From an uncultured delta proteobacterium (lineage in GTDB: Bacteria > Desulfobacterota > Binatia > Binatales > Binataceae): DNA of 64,000 bases. Both the position numbers and the translations under genes were made by a program. The stretch's first letter is position 1. Each line of letters opens with the position of its first letter. This document shows, piece after piece, positions 26,675 through 35,735 of the stretch. The DNA is taken from assembly GCA_963808235.1 (NCBI GenBank), contig CAWEEQ010000004.1, forward strand, positions 1,664,001 to 1,728,000, written 5' to 3'. The notes under the pieces are model-generated. The model saw only the letters and a list, made by a program, of their open reading frames with translations. It was not told the origin of the DNA and made no database searches.

Positions 26675-27598
26675 ATGGCACGATCGCGCGCATCCAGGCC
26701 TGCCTATACGAGGGCGACGTTTCACACGCCGGCGCATCTCGCGGATGAGGCCGCGGGAATCCTCGTTGCGGGTGGCGCGATCGGATGTGCGGTGGCGGGG
26801 ATGAAATTGCCGCATGCTCGCGAGCAGAAATTCGTCGCGCTCGAAGCTTATTTCAAGCAGATTTCCGCGGCGCAACTCGAGCATCTGCGTCATGTGATGC
26901 ACGATGCGGGGATGCTCGCGGATGGTGCGCAGGATGCCGCGCGCGACGGCGCTCGCAACGGCAGCATCCGGAGAATCATCGATCCGGGATGGTCCACGTT
27001 GTGGATGAAGCGGTTCGGGCCGTTTCGAGTTGGCGCGAGCTTCCTGATCGTGCCGCCATGGCGTCGCGAGAATGAGCGGGGGCGCACGACTATTGTCATC
27101 CAGCCGGCGCAGGCGTTCGGCACCGGGCATCATCCGACAACGGCGGGAGCGTTGCGCGCTCTCGAGACGCTGATGCGCAAGCATCGGACCCATCGGATGC
27201 TCGATGCCGGCACGGGGTCTGGAGTGCTCGCGATTGCGGCAGCGCGGAGTGGCGCGCGCGATATCATGGCTGTAGATATCGATCCGATCGCGCTGGAAAA
27301 CGCCCTCGCGAATGCGCACTTGAATGGAGTCGATCGAGCGATCCGGTTTTCGGCGGTGCCGCTCGCTTCCATCCGGCGCCGCTTCGATCTGATCACCGCG
27401 AATATTTTGAGCCACACGCTGAAGGAACTCGCGCCGCATCTGAGGCGAATCCTCGCGCCGGGCGGACGATTGATCCTGGGCGGATTCCTTGCCGACGAAG
27501 CCGACGAAGTGCTGCACTACTATCGGCCGCCATTGCGATGCGTCAGCCGCAGAACACATCGCGGATGGACCACGGTTGTGCTTGCGCGGGCGTCATGA
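26675..27598 (+). CDS. prmA: Ribosomal protein L11 methyltransferase
   Basis: PAQAFGTGHHPTT, LDAGTGSGVL, DID, ANI. Confidence 0.9.
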   Translation: MARSRASRPAYTRATFHTPAHLADEAAGILVAGGAIGCAVAGMKLPHAREQKFVALEAYFKQISAAQLEHLRHVMHDAGMLADGAQDAARDGARNGSIRRIIDPGWSTLWMKRFGPFRVGASFLIVPPWRRENERGRTTIVIQPAQAFGTGHHPTTAGALRALETLMRKHRTHRMLDAGTGSGVLAIAAARSGARDIMAVDIDPIALENALANAHLNGVDRAIRFSAVPLASIRRRFDLITANILSHTLKELAPHLRRILAPGGRLILGGFLADEADEVLHYYRPPLRCVSRRTHRGWTTVVLARAS

Positions 27599-28332
27599 AG
27601 ACGAAGGCCGCGCTCGCGCCGCGCTTTGTGATCGCGTCGCCAGTCGACGCTTCAGGCCTCGCGAAGGTTGAGGGCGCGGAATTGCATCACATGCGCGACG
27701 TATTGCGACTCGCGACGGGCAGCGGCGTCTCAATTCTGGATGCGGCCGGCGGAGAGCATCAGGGCACGCTGGTGCGCTACGAGCGCGACCGGGCGATCGT
27801 TCAGATCGAATCTTCGAGTTCGCCGCAGATGCGTCATCGAATCATCCTCGCCACCGCGATAATCAAGGGGCCGCGCATGGACTTCATGGTCGAGAAAGCC
27901 GCCGAGCTGGGCGCGGCGGAACTCTGGCCGATCCTGACGGCGCACGCGGTCGTCCGCGCGCCGGGCACGGAGCGGCTGCTGCGATGGCGCCGGCTCGCGC
28001 TCGCCGCCGCCAAGCAGAGCCATTCGCCGGGTCCGATGAACGTGATGCCGCCGACGACTTTTGACGCCTTGATTGGCGCGGTGCGGAAAGACACCCTCGC
28101 CGTTATCTGCACACCCGGAGCCGAGCCGTTGGGCGACGCGATTCGACGCGTTGCGCCGCATAATATATTGATAGCGATCGGGCCCGAGGGCGGCTTCGAC
28201 GCCAAGGAACTCGGAGCGGCGGCGCAGGCGGGATTCGTTGCCGCCGGACTTGGCGCGAACCGTCTTCGGAGCGAGACCGCGGCCCTGGCGGCGGTCAGTA
28301 TCGCGGCCGAGGCGCTTCACGCGGCGCGATGA
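27595..28332 (+). CDS. rsmE: 16S rRNA m3U1498 methyltransferase
   Basis: HHMRDVLRL, EKAAELG, AAKQS, IGPEGGF, LRSETAA; ATGA overlap with prmA. Confidence 0.93.
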   Translation: MKTKAALAPRFVIASPVDASGLAKVEGAELHHMRDVLRLATGSGVSILDAAGGEHQGTLVRYERDRAIVQIESSSSPQMRHRIILATAIIKGPRMDFMVEKAAELGAAELWPILTAHAVVRAPGTERLLRWRRLALAAAKQSHSPGPMNVMPPTTFDALIGAVRKDTLAVICTPGAEPLGDAIRRVAPHNILIAIGPEGGFDAKELGAAAQAGFVAAGLGANRLRSETAALAAVSIAAEALHAAR

Positions 28333-28366
28333 TTTAAGGCGACGGCGCGATCGTACGGAGGCAACA

Positions 28367-29327
28367 GTGGCGTACAAGTTCGCATTCATCATGGACCCGC
28401 TCGAAAAGGTCCTGGTCGACAAGGACACGACCTTCGTCTTCATGCTCGAGGCGCAGTTCCGCGGCCATGAGATCTATTTTCTCGGCCTGCACGATCTTTA
28501 TGCGCGCGGACCGCAGGTGATCGCGCGGGCGCGGCGATGCGAAGTGGTGCGCGGCACGCCGCATTTCAAATTCCTCGACGAGCGGCATCGAGTATCCGGT
28601 CGAAAACTTCGAGGCGGTTTTCATGCGCAAGGATCCGCCCGCCGACGCGCACTATCTGTACGCGACGATGCTGCTCAGCCTGGCCGACAGCCGGCGCACA
28701 TTCGTGCTCAACAGTCCGCACGGACTTCGCGAGGCCAACGAAAAGCTCTACGCGCTCAACTTTCCCGACGCGATTCCGCAGACCCTGGTGACCTACGAAA
28801 TTCCGCGGCTCAAGAGCTTCCTCACCGAGCAGGGGGGCGAGATGATCGTCAAGCCGCTCGACGGTCATGGCGGCGAAGGCGTCTTCCTAGTCACAACGAG
28901 CGATCGCAATCTTGGCGCGATTTTAGAAACCGTCACCCAATACGAAACGCGGCCAATCATGGCGCAGCGCTATATCCCCGAAGTACGCAACGGCGACAAG
29001 CGGCTGATCGCGCTCGACGGCGAGCCGCTCGGATGCATGCTGCGGGTGCCGCGCGACGATGAGCATCGCGGCAATATCCACGTCGGCGGCACCTGCGTTA
29101 AGACCCCGCTGACCGCGCGCGATCGCGAGATCTGCCGGATGCTGAAGCCGCGTCTGGAAAAAGACGGACTATACTTCGTCGGGCTCGATATCATCGGCGA
29201 CTATCTGACCGAGGTGAACGTGACCAGTCCGACCGGGGTGCAGGAGATCGATCGGCTCGACGGCGTCAATCTCGAGGGCAAGGTGATCGACTTCGTCGAG
29301 TCGAGAGTGTCGGGCCTGGCGCGCTAG
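28367..29327 (+). CDS. gshB: Glutathione synthetase, split by a +1 frameshift near 28582
   Basis: FIMDPLE..KDTT..MLEAQ.RGH in frame 1; MRKDPP, NEK, KPLDGHGG, GDKR, EVNVTSPTG in the next frame; GGAGG RBS; span is 3n+1. Confidence 0.92.
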
Positions 29328-29447
29328 CCAACGCGCATGCGCCGGCTTGAGGCAAAGAGGGTAGCCCGTTGCAAGCCGAAGCAATCATCGGTAGCAATGA
29401 ATGTTCACATCGACGAATCTGAATTCATATGATTGGCGTGTGACGGT

Positions 29448-29523
29448 GGGCAGGTAGCTCAGTCGGTAGAGCAAAGGACTGAAAATCCTTGTGTCGAGTG
29501 TTCGATTCACTCCCTGCCCACCA
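29448..29523 (+). tRNA. tRNA-Phe(GAA)
   Basis: GGGCAGGTAGCTCAGTCGGTAGAGC AAAGGACTGAAAATCCTT...TTCGATT...CCTGCCCACCA; 76 nt. Confidence 0.97.
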
Positions 29524-29538
29524 GAATTTTCAGGGTTA

Positions 29539-29551
29539 AATCAACCACTTA
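29539..29551 (+). promoter_or_regulatory. IHF-consensus site just 3' of tRNA-Phe
   Basis: AATCAACCACTTA matches WATCAANNNNTTR. Confidence 0.55.
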
Positions 29552-29685
29552 CGCGCTCCGTCCCCGAGGCCAGGGCGGCAACTGACGCGCCGGAAGCATC
29601 TTCGCATTCCTCGGCAGTCTACAGAGCCAAAGCGATTCGAACTGGGCGAGAGGCGGGGAACTCAACCTCTCGCCACTAGTGTTGA

Positions 29686-30198
29686 TCAGCCCGCCGGCTC
29701 GAAGCAGCTGATACACACCTGACAGGTCGGATTGGAACCTGGAGCGGAACATGGTGAATTGCCACTTTGGCCGCTTAGGTCAGTGCAAATATCGTTGTTG
29801 TGGCATGGGCTCGCATTCGTCCCGACGCTGCAGCTCGGAACAATCTTCACTTCGCCTGAGCTCTGATTCACGCAGGCGAACGTATGGCCGAAAGAACTCG
29901 CTAAGGTTTGCCCGATGGTTTGCCAGCCGTTCGGAAACGGGCCTCCCACGAAGCCGCCGAAAAACGTATTCACATCGACGGTAACTGGCAACAAGTCTGC
30001 ACCCTGATTACAACTACAGGAGTAACCTCCGGTGACAACGACTTGCCCCGGAAGGATGCATGAAACATCAATATTAAAACTCCCGTTAGCAGAAACAGGA
30101 GTATTGGGTGAACAGATTTCTGTAAACTGCGCGCGAGCTGTCGATGCCCCAATCGCCAGCAAGCCGAGTAGCAAGAGGCTTGTCATTAAGCTTCTCAT
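29686..30198 (-). CDS. Secreted cysteine-rich hypothetical protein
   Basis: GGAGGAG RBS, signal peptide ending ARA|Q, 12 Cys, atypical codon usage. Confidence 0.7.
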   Translation of the reverse strand: MRSLMTSLLLLGLLAIGASTARAQFTEICSPNTPVSANGSFNIDVSCILPGQVVVTGGYSCSCNQGADLLPVTVDVNTFFGGFVGGPFPNGWQTIGQTLASSFGHTFACVNQSSGEVKIVPSCSVGTNASPCHNNDICTDLSGQSGNSPCSAPGSNPTCQVCISCFEPAG

Positions 30199-30379
30199 GT
30201 CATTCTCTCCTCCGGGCCGCTGCTCAATTCCGGACCATGCGGGTTGGCTGATTTTGCGTATCTCGCCAGTTTTTGACGATCGTTGATTAGTAACTTTGCG
30301 CGGTTAGCGCCACCGTCGTTGCGTTACGAGTAGAACAAATCTGGATTAGGCTGCGCCTCTGATCGGAACAACCAGTGCG

Positions 30380-30631
30380 TTGCCGCAATATCCGCAGCTG
30401 GTGACACATAGCGATGACGGCAAGCTCGATGGGGTACGCTACGAGTTGCTCCCCGCGCTACTCATCAACGAAGTGCAGAAGCTGACCAGGGAAAACCGGC
30501 GTCTCGCCGAGCAAGTCGCCGCGCTGAAGAAGAAGGACGCTCAAATCGATGCGCTCGACGAACGTATCAACGCCTTGGAGCGGCAGGCCCCAAGCGCAAG
30601 GCCAGAGCATTTGGCAAGCGCGATGCGTTAG
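30380..30631 (+). pseudogene. C-terminal remnant of a tail-fibre / peptidase S74 intramolecular-chaperone protein
   Basis: YPQLV....DGKLDGVRYELLPALLINEVQ plus coiled coil; the N-terminal part is missing. Confidence 0.6.
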
Positions 30632-30728
30632 TCAGAACATCAGCATCGTGATCGGCCGCGGGCGTGCAACGGCGCGCGGTAACCCACACCGGGTGGCCCG
30701 AAACGAAGCGGGGTGAGCTCGCGACTAG

Positions 30729-31535
30729 CTACTTCCGGGGGTGGGCGGTGCCGAAGTAGTCGCCGCCCTTTACATGGTGGTCTTGATCGGGATGATCTTG
30801 ATCGGGATGGTTTTCGCCGGGATGGTTGTCGGCGCCCCACTTGATGTCGTGATCGAGGCGCTGCATCGGCGGGATGTGTTTTGAGCACTGCACGTATGCC
30901 TCGGCGACCTGGACCATCACCCATCGCTCGAGATGTCCGCCGTCGCTTTCGATGATGTCTTTCAGGACCGCGTCGCCCAGAATTGCTTCCTCGGCTGGGT
31001 GATCTTTCAGGAAATTCAGGAACTCGTCGTTCTCGACAATTTGCGCGCTGCCGTTTATGTGAAGGCCGATCCGGTCCGAGAAATCGACGAACAGCAGGCC
31101 GACGTGCGGATTCTCGGAGATGTTTCCGAGACTCGCCATCACGCCGTTGCCGCGGTATTCGGGATACGCCACGGTGCGCTCATCGAGGACTTTCACAAAC
31201 CCCGCATGACCGCATCGAAACGCCGAGTCCGCCTGACCACGCGAATCCGCCGTGCCCACGAACATCATCTCCTGACGTGTGAGAAATTCCTGCATCGCGG
31301 GATTCAGACGGTCGAGCACCTGGTGCCGATAAAACGCGAGCGCATGAGTGGTCTTTCCGTATTTCTGCTGTAGGCGATGCTCGCCGTCGGAGCCCGGGAG
31401 CGCGCCTTCGGCGATTCTGACCGAGATTGAAGCGGTCGACTCGCCGGTTTCAAACTGTACGATTTGTTCGACTCGTTCTTCGATGCGAACGATCAGTTTG
31501 TCGTCGCCACGTTTGTCGTCTTCGCTCGCACCCAT
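30729..31535 (-). CDS. Pyridoxamine 5'-phosphate oxidase-family flavin-binding protein
   Basis: GSDGEH, F+GTAD..G, YPEYRGNGVMASLGNI.ENPHVGLLFVDF, EAY..CSKHIP. Confidence 0.85.
   Translation of the reverse strand: MGASEDDKRGDDKLIVRIEERVEQIVQFETGESTASISVRIAEGALPGSDGEHRLQQKYGKTTHALAFYRHQVLDRLNPAMQEFLTRQEMMFVGTADSRGQADSAFRCGHAGFVKVLDERTVAYPEYRGNGVMASLGNISENPHVGLLFVDFSDRIGLHINGSAQIVENDEFLNFLKDHPAEEAILGDAVLKDIIESDGGHLERWVMVQVAEAYVQCSKHIPPMQRLDHDIKWGADNHPGENHPDQDHPDQDHHVKGGDYFGTAHPRK
30778..30831 (-). repeat. In-frame 15-bp tandem repeat (DNHPG-ENHPD-QDHPD-QDH)
   Basis: TGGTCTTGATCGGGA / TGATCTTGATCGGGA / TGGTTTTCGCCGGGA. Confidence 0.75.
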
Positions 31536-31620
31536 CAGGAGTCTCCCAATGAAAAGTAAAATGTATTCCCTCGAAAACAGGGTACTGCATCTCGCCCCGA
31601 GAAAGCGAAAGCCGATCCGC

Positions 31621-32223
31621 TCAGTCGGTGTTGAGCAGAACCAGGTTCGCGGTATTTTGCGGGCGGACGTGCTCGAAGTACCAATCCTCCGCTGCCATCC
31701 ATGGCGTCATCCAATCGCGGGGTTGGTCGGCATCGCGGGCGAGCATCCGGGTGAGGCGCACCTGTCGCGGCGCGTCCACAAAGATGATGGCGTCAAGCAT
31801 CGGGCGGAGTTCAGGACGCGCGGAGTAAACGCCCTCGACCAGCACGATCTCATTGGGCTCGACGCTCACCCAATCCAGGAGCCGGTCCGCGGACCAATCG
31901 TATCTTTGATAGGTCGCCGTTTTGCCGCGGCGCAGGAGCATCAGAGCCTCGTCGCGCATTCGCTGCCATGGAAAGTACAAGTCGTAAAGTTCTTCGTATG
32001 ACCGTTGGGCCGCGAGGCAGGCGGCTGGATACTCGTTGAGGGGACGAAAGAAGTGGTCGGTTGGAATGATACTGACTCCTGCGCGCCGGTCGCGAATCCC
32101 CTTCGCGAGGGTCGACTTTCCCGCGCCCGCGGCGCCGTCGATGGCGACGAATAGCCGCTGCCCGTTCTTCATCTGGCTATCGATAAGCGAGCCGGCCGCG
32201 CTAACCATGCGGTCGAGATTCAT
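31621..32223 (-). CDS. Uridine-kinase-like P-loop NTPase
   Basis: VAIDGAAGAGKSTLA, DHFF, YDW, LVEGVY, R..R...RD. Confidence 0.8.
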   Translation of the reverse strand: MNLDRMVSAAGSLIDSQMKNGQRLFVAIDGAAGAGKSTLAKGIRDRRAGVSIIPTDHFFRPLNEYPAACLAAQRSYEELYDLYFPWQRMRDEALMLLRRGKTATYQRYDWSADRLLDWVSVEPNEIVLVEGVYSARPELRPMLDAIIFVDAPRQVRLTRMLARDADQPRDWMTPWMAAEDWYFEHVRPQNTANLVLLNTD

Positions 32224-32374
32224 CGCCTAACCTTTCGGTTCGTTTATCGGGGTCAATCCAAATAACAACCAAAGCTGCCCACCACCCTCTGTATATTTTG
32301 CAATTCTGACACAAATCTGAAAGGGGCGGGCTTTGTACGACGCTGTTTTTTCTAGATTTTTAACCGCTTTGAAA

Positions 32375-32391
32375 CTGGCATTATCGATGCT
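32375..32391 (+). promoter_or_regulatory. sigma54 (-24/-12) promoter
   Basis: CTGGCATTATCGATGCT, GG-N10-GC, preceded by an AT-rich tract, 67 bp before an AGGAGG-led ATG. Confidence 0.6.
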
Positions 32392-32457
32392 TCGTAGGTC
32401 CTATGTGAGACGTATTCTCACGCCACTTTTCTTCGCTTATCGAGGAGGTAACCAGGA

Positions 32458-32775
32458 ATGAAACTTCGGACAATACTCACCGCCGCGGCGCTGACGGCCA
32501 TGTTTGCGATCGCGCCGGTGGTGGCACATGCTCACGACCACGATGGTGACTGGGACGACCATCACGTTTGGCACGACTCCGGGTGGTGGCACGACAATCG
32601 CCCCGGGTGGGTCTGGCAACATCACCCCGAGTGGGCGGAGCGACACGACGAATGGCGTCGCAGCGATGGCGACTGGGATGACCATCATGTTTGGCGTGAC
32701 CGCGGTTGGTGGTACGAAAACCATCCGGAATGGGTCCGCGAACATCATCATGACTGGGTCCGATGGCGTGACTAA
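32458..32775 (+). CDS. Secreted His/Trp/Asp-rich repeat protein
   Basis: GAGGAGG RBS, signal peptide ending AHA, two copies of DGDWDDHHVWxDxGWWxxNxPxWVxxHHxxW. Confidence 0.85.
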   Translation: MKLRTILTAAALTAMFAIAPVVAHAHDHDGDWDDHHVWHDSGWWHDNRPGWVWQHHPEWAERHDEWRRSDGDWDDHHVWRDRGWWYENHPEWVREHHHDWVRWRD

Positions 32776-32794
32776 CGAAAGTAGTCCGTTTTCG

Positions 32795-32879
32795 TTTGCG
32801 CGAGCGCGAACACGGGCTTGGAGCATCCGGGATAGTCCCGCGAGCGCTCCGGCCCCCGCGCCTCGCGCAAATTTTTTTA
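32795..32879 (+). terminator. Rho-independent terminator-like long hairpin
   Basis: TTTGCGCGAG...CTCGCGCAAA followed by a T7 tract. Confidence 0.55.
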
Positions 32880-32999
32880 TACAGACCTTCGAGCCGGTTA
32901 AGTTCGACGCCGGCCCGAGCGAGCGTCGCACCTCCCCTCAACCCCTCTGCTTGGACAAGGCGAGGAGATTTGGTAATTCCCGAAGCCGGGGAAACCGCG

Positions 33000-33530
33000 A
33001 TGAAAGAGTCCGATCCGCCGATTCGCAGTGATGCGGCGCCAAGGGCGAGCAGGCCGTTCATGCCCGGCTATGGAATCCTCGAAGCGAGCGGCGGACGTGG
33101 GCTGCTGCCGTGGAGTTGGGCGGTCGAGCGGCTTACCAGTTCACGCAACTATTGGGTCGCGACCACCTGGCCCGACGGACGGCCCCATTGCGTGCCGGTT
33201 TGGGGCGTATGGATCGACGGCGCGTTCTACTTCAGCAGCGGCGAGCAGTCGCGCAAGGCGCGCAATCTCAAGCTGAATCCACGCTGCGTGATATGCCCGG
33301 AGAATGGCGACGAAGCGATCTCGCTCGAAGGAGTTGCGGCGACGGTTTTGGACCCGGCGGCGATTACGAAATTCATCGCGGCTTACAACCCCAAGTACAA
33401 CTGGGATCTCACTCCAGAGACTGTGAAGGCGCTGGGACTCGTATTCGCGGTTCGTCCGCGCAAGGTCTTCGCATTCAATGACGCCCCGGGGGAGTTCCAG
33501 ACCACCGCGACGCGATGGGAATTTGACTGA
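33000..33530 (+). CDS. PPOX-class flavin/F420-binding split-barrel protein
   Basis: LLPWSWA.ERL, YWVATT.PDGRPH..PVWGVW, SRKARNL..NP. Confidence 0.85.
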   Translation: MKESDPPIRSDAAPRASRPFMPGYGILEASGGRGLLPWSWAVERLTSSRNYWVATTWPDGRPHCVPVWGVWIDGAFYFSSGEQSRKARNLKLNPRCVICPENGDEAISLEGVAATVLDPAAITKFIAAYNPKYNWDLTPETVKALGLVFAVRPRKVFAFNDAPGEFQTTATRWEFD

Positions 33531-33555
33531 GCATCGCGCAATCGGGTGACTTCGC

Positions 33556-34341
33556 TCAGCCCTTGTTGTACTCGTCGTGGCGGCGCCACCAGTAACCTGT
33601 CTCGTTGCGCCCCTTGGGGGCGCGGTCCAGCCACTGGTACGCTCCCCAGAGAATGTCCAGCCCGCGCGCATAGGTGGAATAACTGTGGTAGATGATTCCG
33701 TCCTCGAGCACGAACGCGCTCATGCCCGGCCTCTCGCGCGCGTAGGTGGCCACGTCGGTGCCGGTCATGGCAGCGCCCTTAGCGGCGCCCTCGGGTGTCG
33801 CGTGCGAGGGTATTCCCTCGCCGCCGCGTGACTGCAACGCCGCCTGGCGCCGGTAGTTGTATTCGACGGCCCCCGCGCGCTGTTGCTCTTCGGTGAGCGA
33901 GACGTTGAAGTCGAAGTTGAAGTCGCCGCCGAAGGAGGACGCCCAGGGAAACGTCCACCCCATCCGCCGCTTGTACGCATTCAGCTTTGCAAGCGGCGCC
34001 CGCGACACCGCCGAAAGCGTGACGCCGTGGTTGGCCAGGTGGACGACGTAGTGGTCGAAACCGTCCGCGATCGCCGAGCAGGACGGACACCCCGCCGTGT
34101 AGTCGGGCCCGAACATGAAGTGGTAGAGGAGGAGCTGCGAGCGCCCTCGGAAGAGGTCTGCCAGCGAGGCGCTCCCGTCGTCGGTCTCGAATCGATACGT
34201 TTTGTCGATCGGGACCCACGGCAGTTCCTGACGTCGCCGCGCCAACTCGTCGCTGCGCCGTGTTAGCTCCTTCTCTTCCTTGAGCAGCTCGAGCCGGGCT
34301 GCAAGCCACTCTTCGCGTGTCCCGGTGATGTGCTTCGTCAT
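33556..34341 (-). CDS. DUF899 thioredoxin-like protein
   Basis: REEWLAAR..LL..EKE, LF.GRSQL..YHFM, GCPSCS, LDRAPKGRNE, WWRRHDEY. Confidence 0.92.
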   Translation of the reverse strand: MTKHITGTREEWLAARLELLKEEKELTRRSDELARRRQELPWVPIDKTYRFETDDGSASLADLFRGRSQLLLYHFMFGPDYTAGCPSCSAIADGFDHYVVHLANHGVTLSAVSRAPLAKLNAYKRRMGWTFPWASSFGGDFNFDFNVSLTEEQQRAGAVEYNYRRQAALQSRGGEGIPSHATPEGAAKGAAMTGTDVATYARERPGMSAFVLEDGIIYHSYSTYARGLDILWGAYQWLDRAPKGRNETGYWWRRHDEYNKG

Positions 34342-34421
34342 TGTTCTCTCCTTCAGTAATTATGCCCGGAGAATCGCGACGAGGCGATTTCGCTTGAAGG
34401 AGTTGCGGACGGCGTCGGCCG

Positions 34422-34862
34422 TTACGACGCGTGCGAGTGCGACGGCCCGCGGTGACGAGTGCCGCCCGCGTTGCGCAGGCTAGACAATGCGCGATGCCGG
34501 CGCATCTGGTAACGGCGCGACGGGAGATCGTGGATTGTTATGATCTCGAGCCGGGCAAGCAGGCGATGCGACTCGATCCCGAGCGCATCGCATAGATTCT
34601 CGAAACTGAAGACTCCCGCGCGTCCCGCAACCGCGCTGCCCTTATTCTCAAACCAGTTTCTGACCTCAACGAACTCTCGCTTGCGCTCGCGCTCGGTCGC
34701 GCCTGCGTTTCTGAGATAGCAGCGGATCGCGTCTTCCAGAACCGCCATCAGGAGCTTGAGTTCCCCCTCGAGGGTACTGTTTCGGCGGACCAGGTCGGTA
34801 TATTGCGCGGGCATCAGGATTCCCGCGTCGGGTGTCGTTTCCACTCGCTGATTGTGGCGCAT
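34422..34862 (-). CDS. Hypothetical protein (LMAVLEDAIRCY...FSFENLC family)
   Basis: MPAQY, ELKLLMAVLEDAIRCY, WF, FSFENLCDALGI; start uncertain. Confidence 0.75.
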   Translation of the reverse strand: MRHNQRVETTPDAGILMPAQYTDLVRRNSTLEGELKLLMAVLEDAIRCYLRNAGATERERKREFVEVRNWFENKGSAVAGRAGVFSFENLCDALGIESHRLLARLEIITIHDLPSRRYQMRRHRALSSLRNAGGTRHRGPSHSHAS

Positions 34863-34900
34863 AGATGTTTCGGGAGAATTAACTCTGAGGGCGCGATCCA

Positions 34901-34960
34901 TGAACTACACGACTTGGGACCACATGACTTGGAATTACACGACGTGGAATTACATGACGT
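34901..34960. repeat. 4 x 15-bp tandem repeat spanning the RMD1 stop codon
   Basis: TGAACTACACGACTT|GGGACCACATGACTT|GGAATTACACGACGT|GGAATTACATGACGT. Confidence 0.85.
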
Positions 34961-35735
34961 GCGGTACCTCGAGGATCACTTCCAGCAGGATCAGCAGCAC
35001 CACCACGACTTCGAGCACTACCAGACGGCGATCGCGCGCGACGTCGAGCACGAGGACCAGCGATTCCTGGATACTCTGCAGCTTGCTGGTCAGCGCCGCG
35101 TAGCGATCGACGAGATCGAACTCACCGCGCAGCTCGTCGTAGATTCGGTCCATCGCAGGGTCGTCCCACGCAGCGTCGGGCTTGTCGAGCAGATGCAGGA
35201 CGGCGAGGACCTCGGTGCGGGTGGAGATCGCCTCACCGATAAATCGATGCATGGGGCGAACTCGGAACGGCACGGTGCCGCGCGATTCGAGGCGCTCGAC
35301 CAGCTCCGCGGTGCGGAGAAATAGATTTTCGACAATTTGCTCGTAGTATTCCATCGCCGCACTCTGCGCGACGATTAGCGCGACGATTCCCGCGCGCGCG
35401 GGAGTGAGCTTGTCGACCCGCAGCATCCCCTCGTCGGAGATGCCGATTTGGGCATCGGCATCCTCGAGCACCGAGTATTCCTCACGGATGACCTTGGTCG
35501 TCAGCTTGGGCAGGACTTGCGTGAGCCGCGCAAGGACGCGTTCGCGATGCTCCGCGGGGACATCGTGGGTGACGATCGCACCGAAAGGAAAAATATACAG
35601 CCCGCCCTCCGGCTCGATTGGGACAAAGAGCTCGAGCGGCGAACTCCGCGCCTCAGGAAAAGAGCGGCTCATCTGGCGCAGCGAGAAATTCTCCTCGAAT
35701 GCGGCCGCATAGAACTGATGAATCCGGCTCGGCAA
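34950..35735 (-). CDS. RMD1/DUF155 family protein
   Basis: FPFGAIV, AQSAAMEYYE, LLDKPDAAWD, EFDL.DR, RRLVVLE plus C-terminal TM; AGGAG before TTG. Confidence 0.85.
   Translation of the reverse strand: MPSRIHQFYAAAFEENFSLRQMSRSFPEARSSPLELFVPIEPEGGLYIFPFGAIVTHDVPAEHRERVLARLTQVLPKLTTKVIREEYSVLEDADAQIGISDEGMLRVDKLTPARAGIVALIVAQSAAMEYYEQIVENLFLRTAELVERLESRGTVPFRVRPMHRFIGEAISTRTEVLAVLHLLDKPDAAWDDPAMDRIYDELRGEFDLVDRYAALTSKLQSIQESLVLVLDVARDRRLVVLEVVVVLLILLEVILEVPHVM

Larger units (their letters stand above)
29524..32284. mobile_element. Degenerate tRNA-Phe-anchored islet (no integrase seen)
   Basis: Last 10 nt of the tRNA (CTGCCCACCA) recur at 32275-32284; IHF site; visibly lower-GC gene; gene remnant. 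Confidence 0.4.

Noticed and set aside
34901-34960. Possible mini-CRISPR
   Set aside because: Contiguous 15-bp units without spacers; no cas genes
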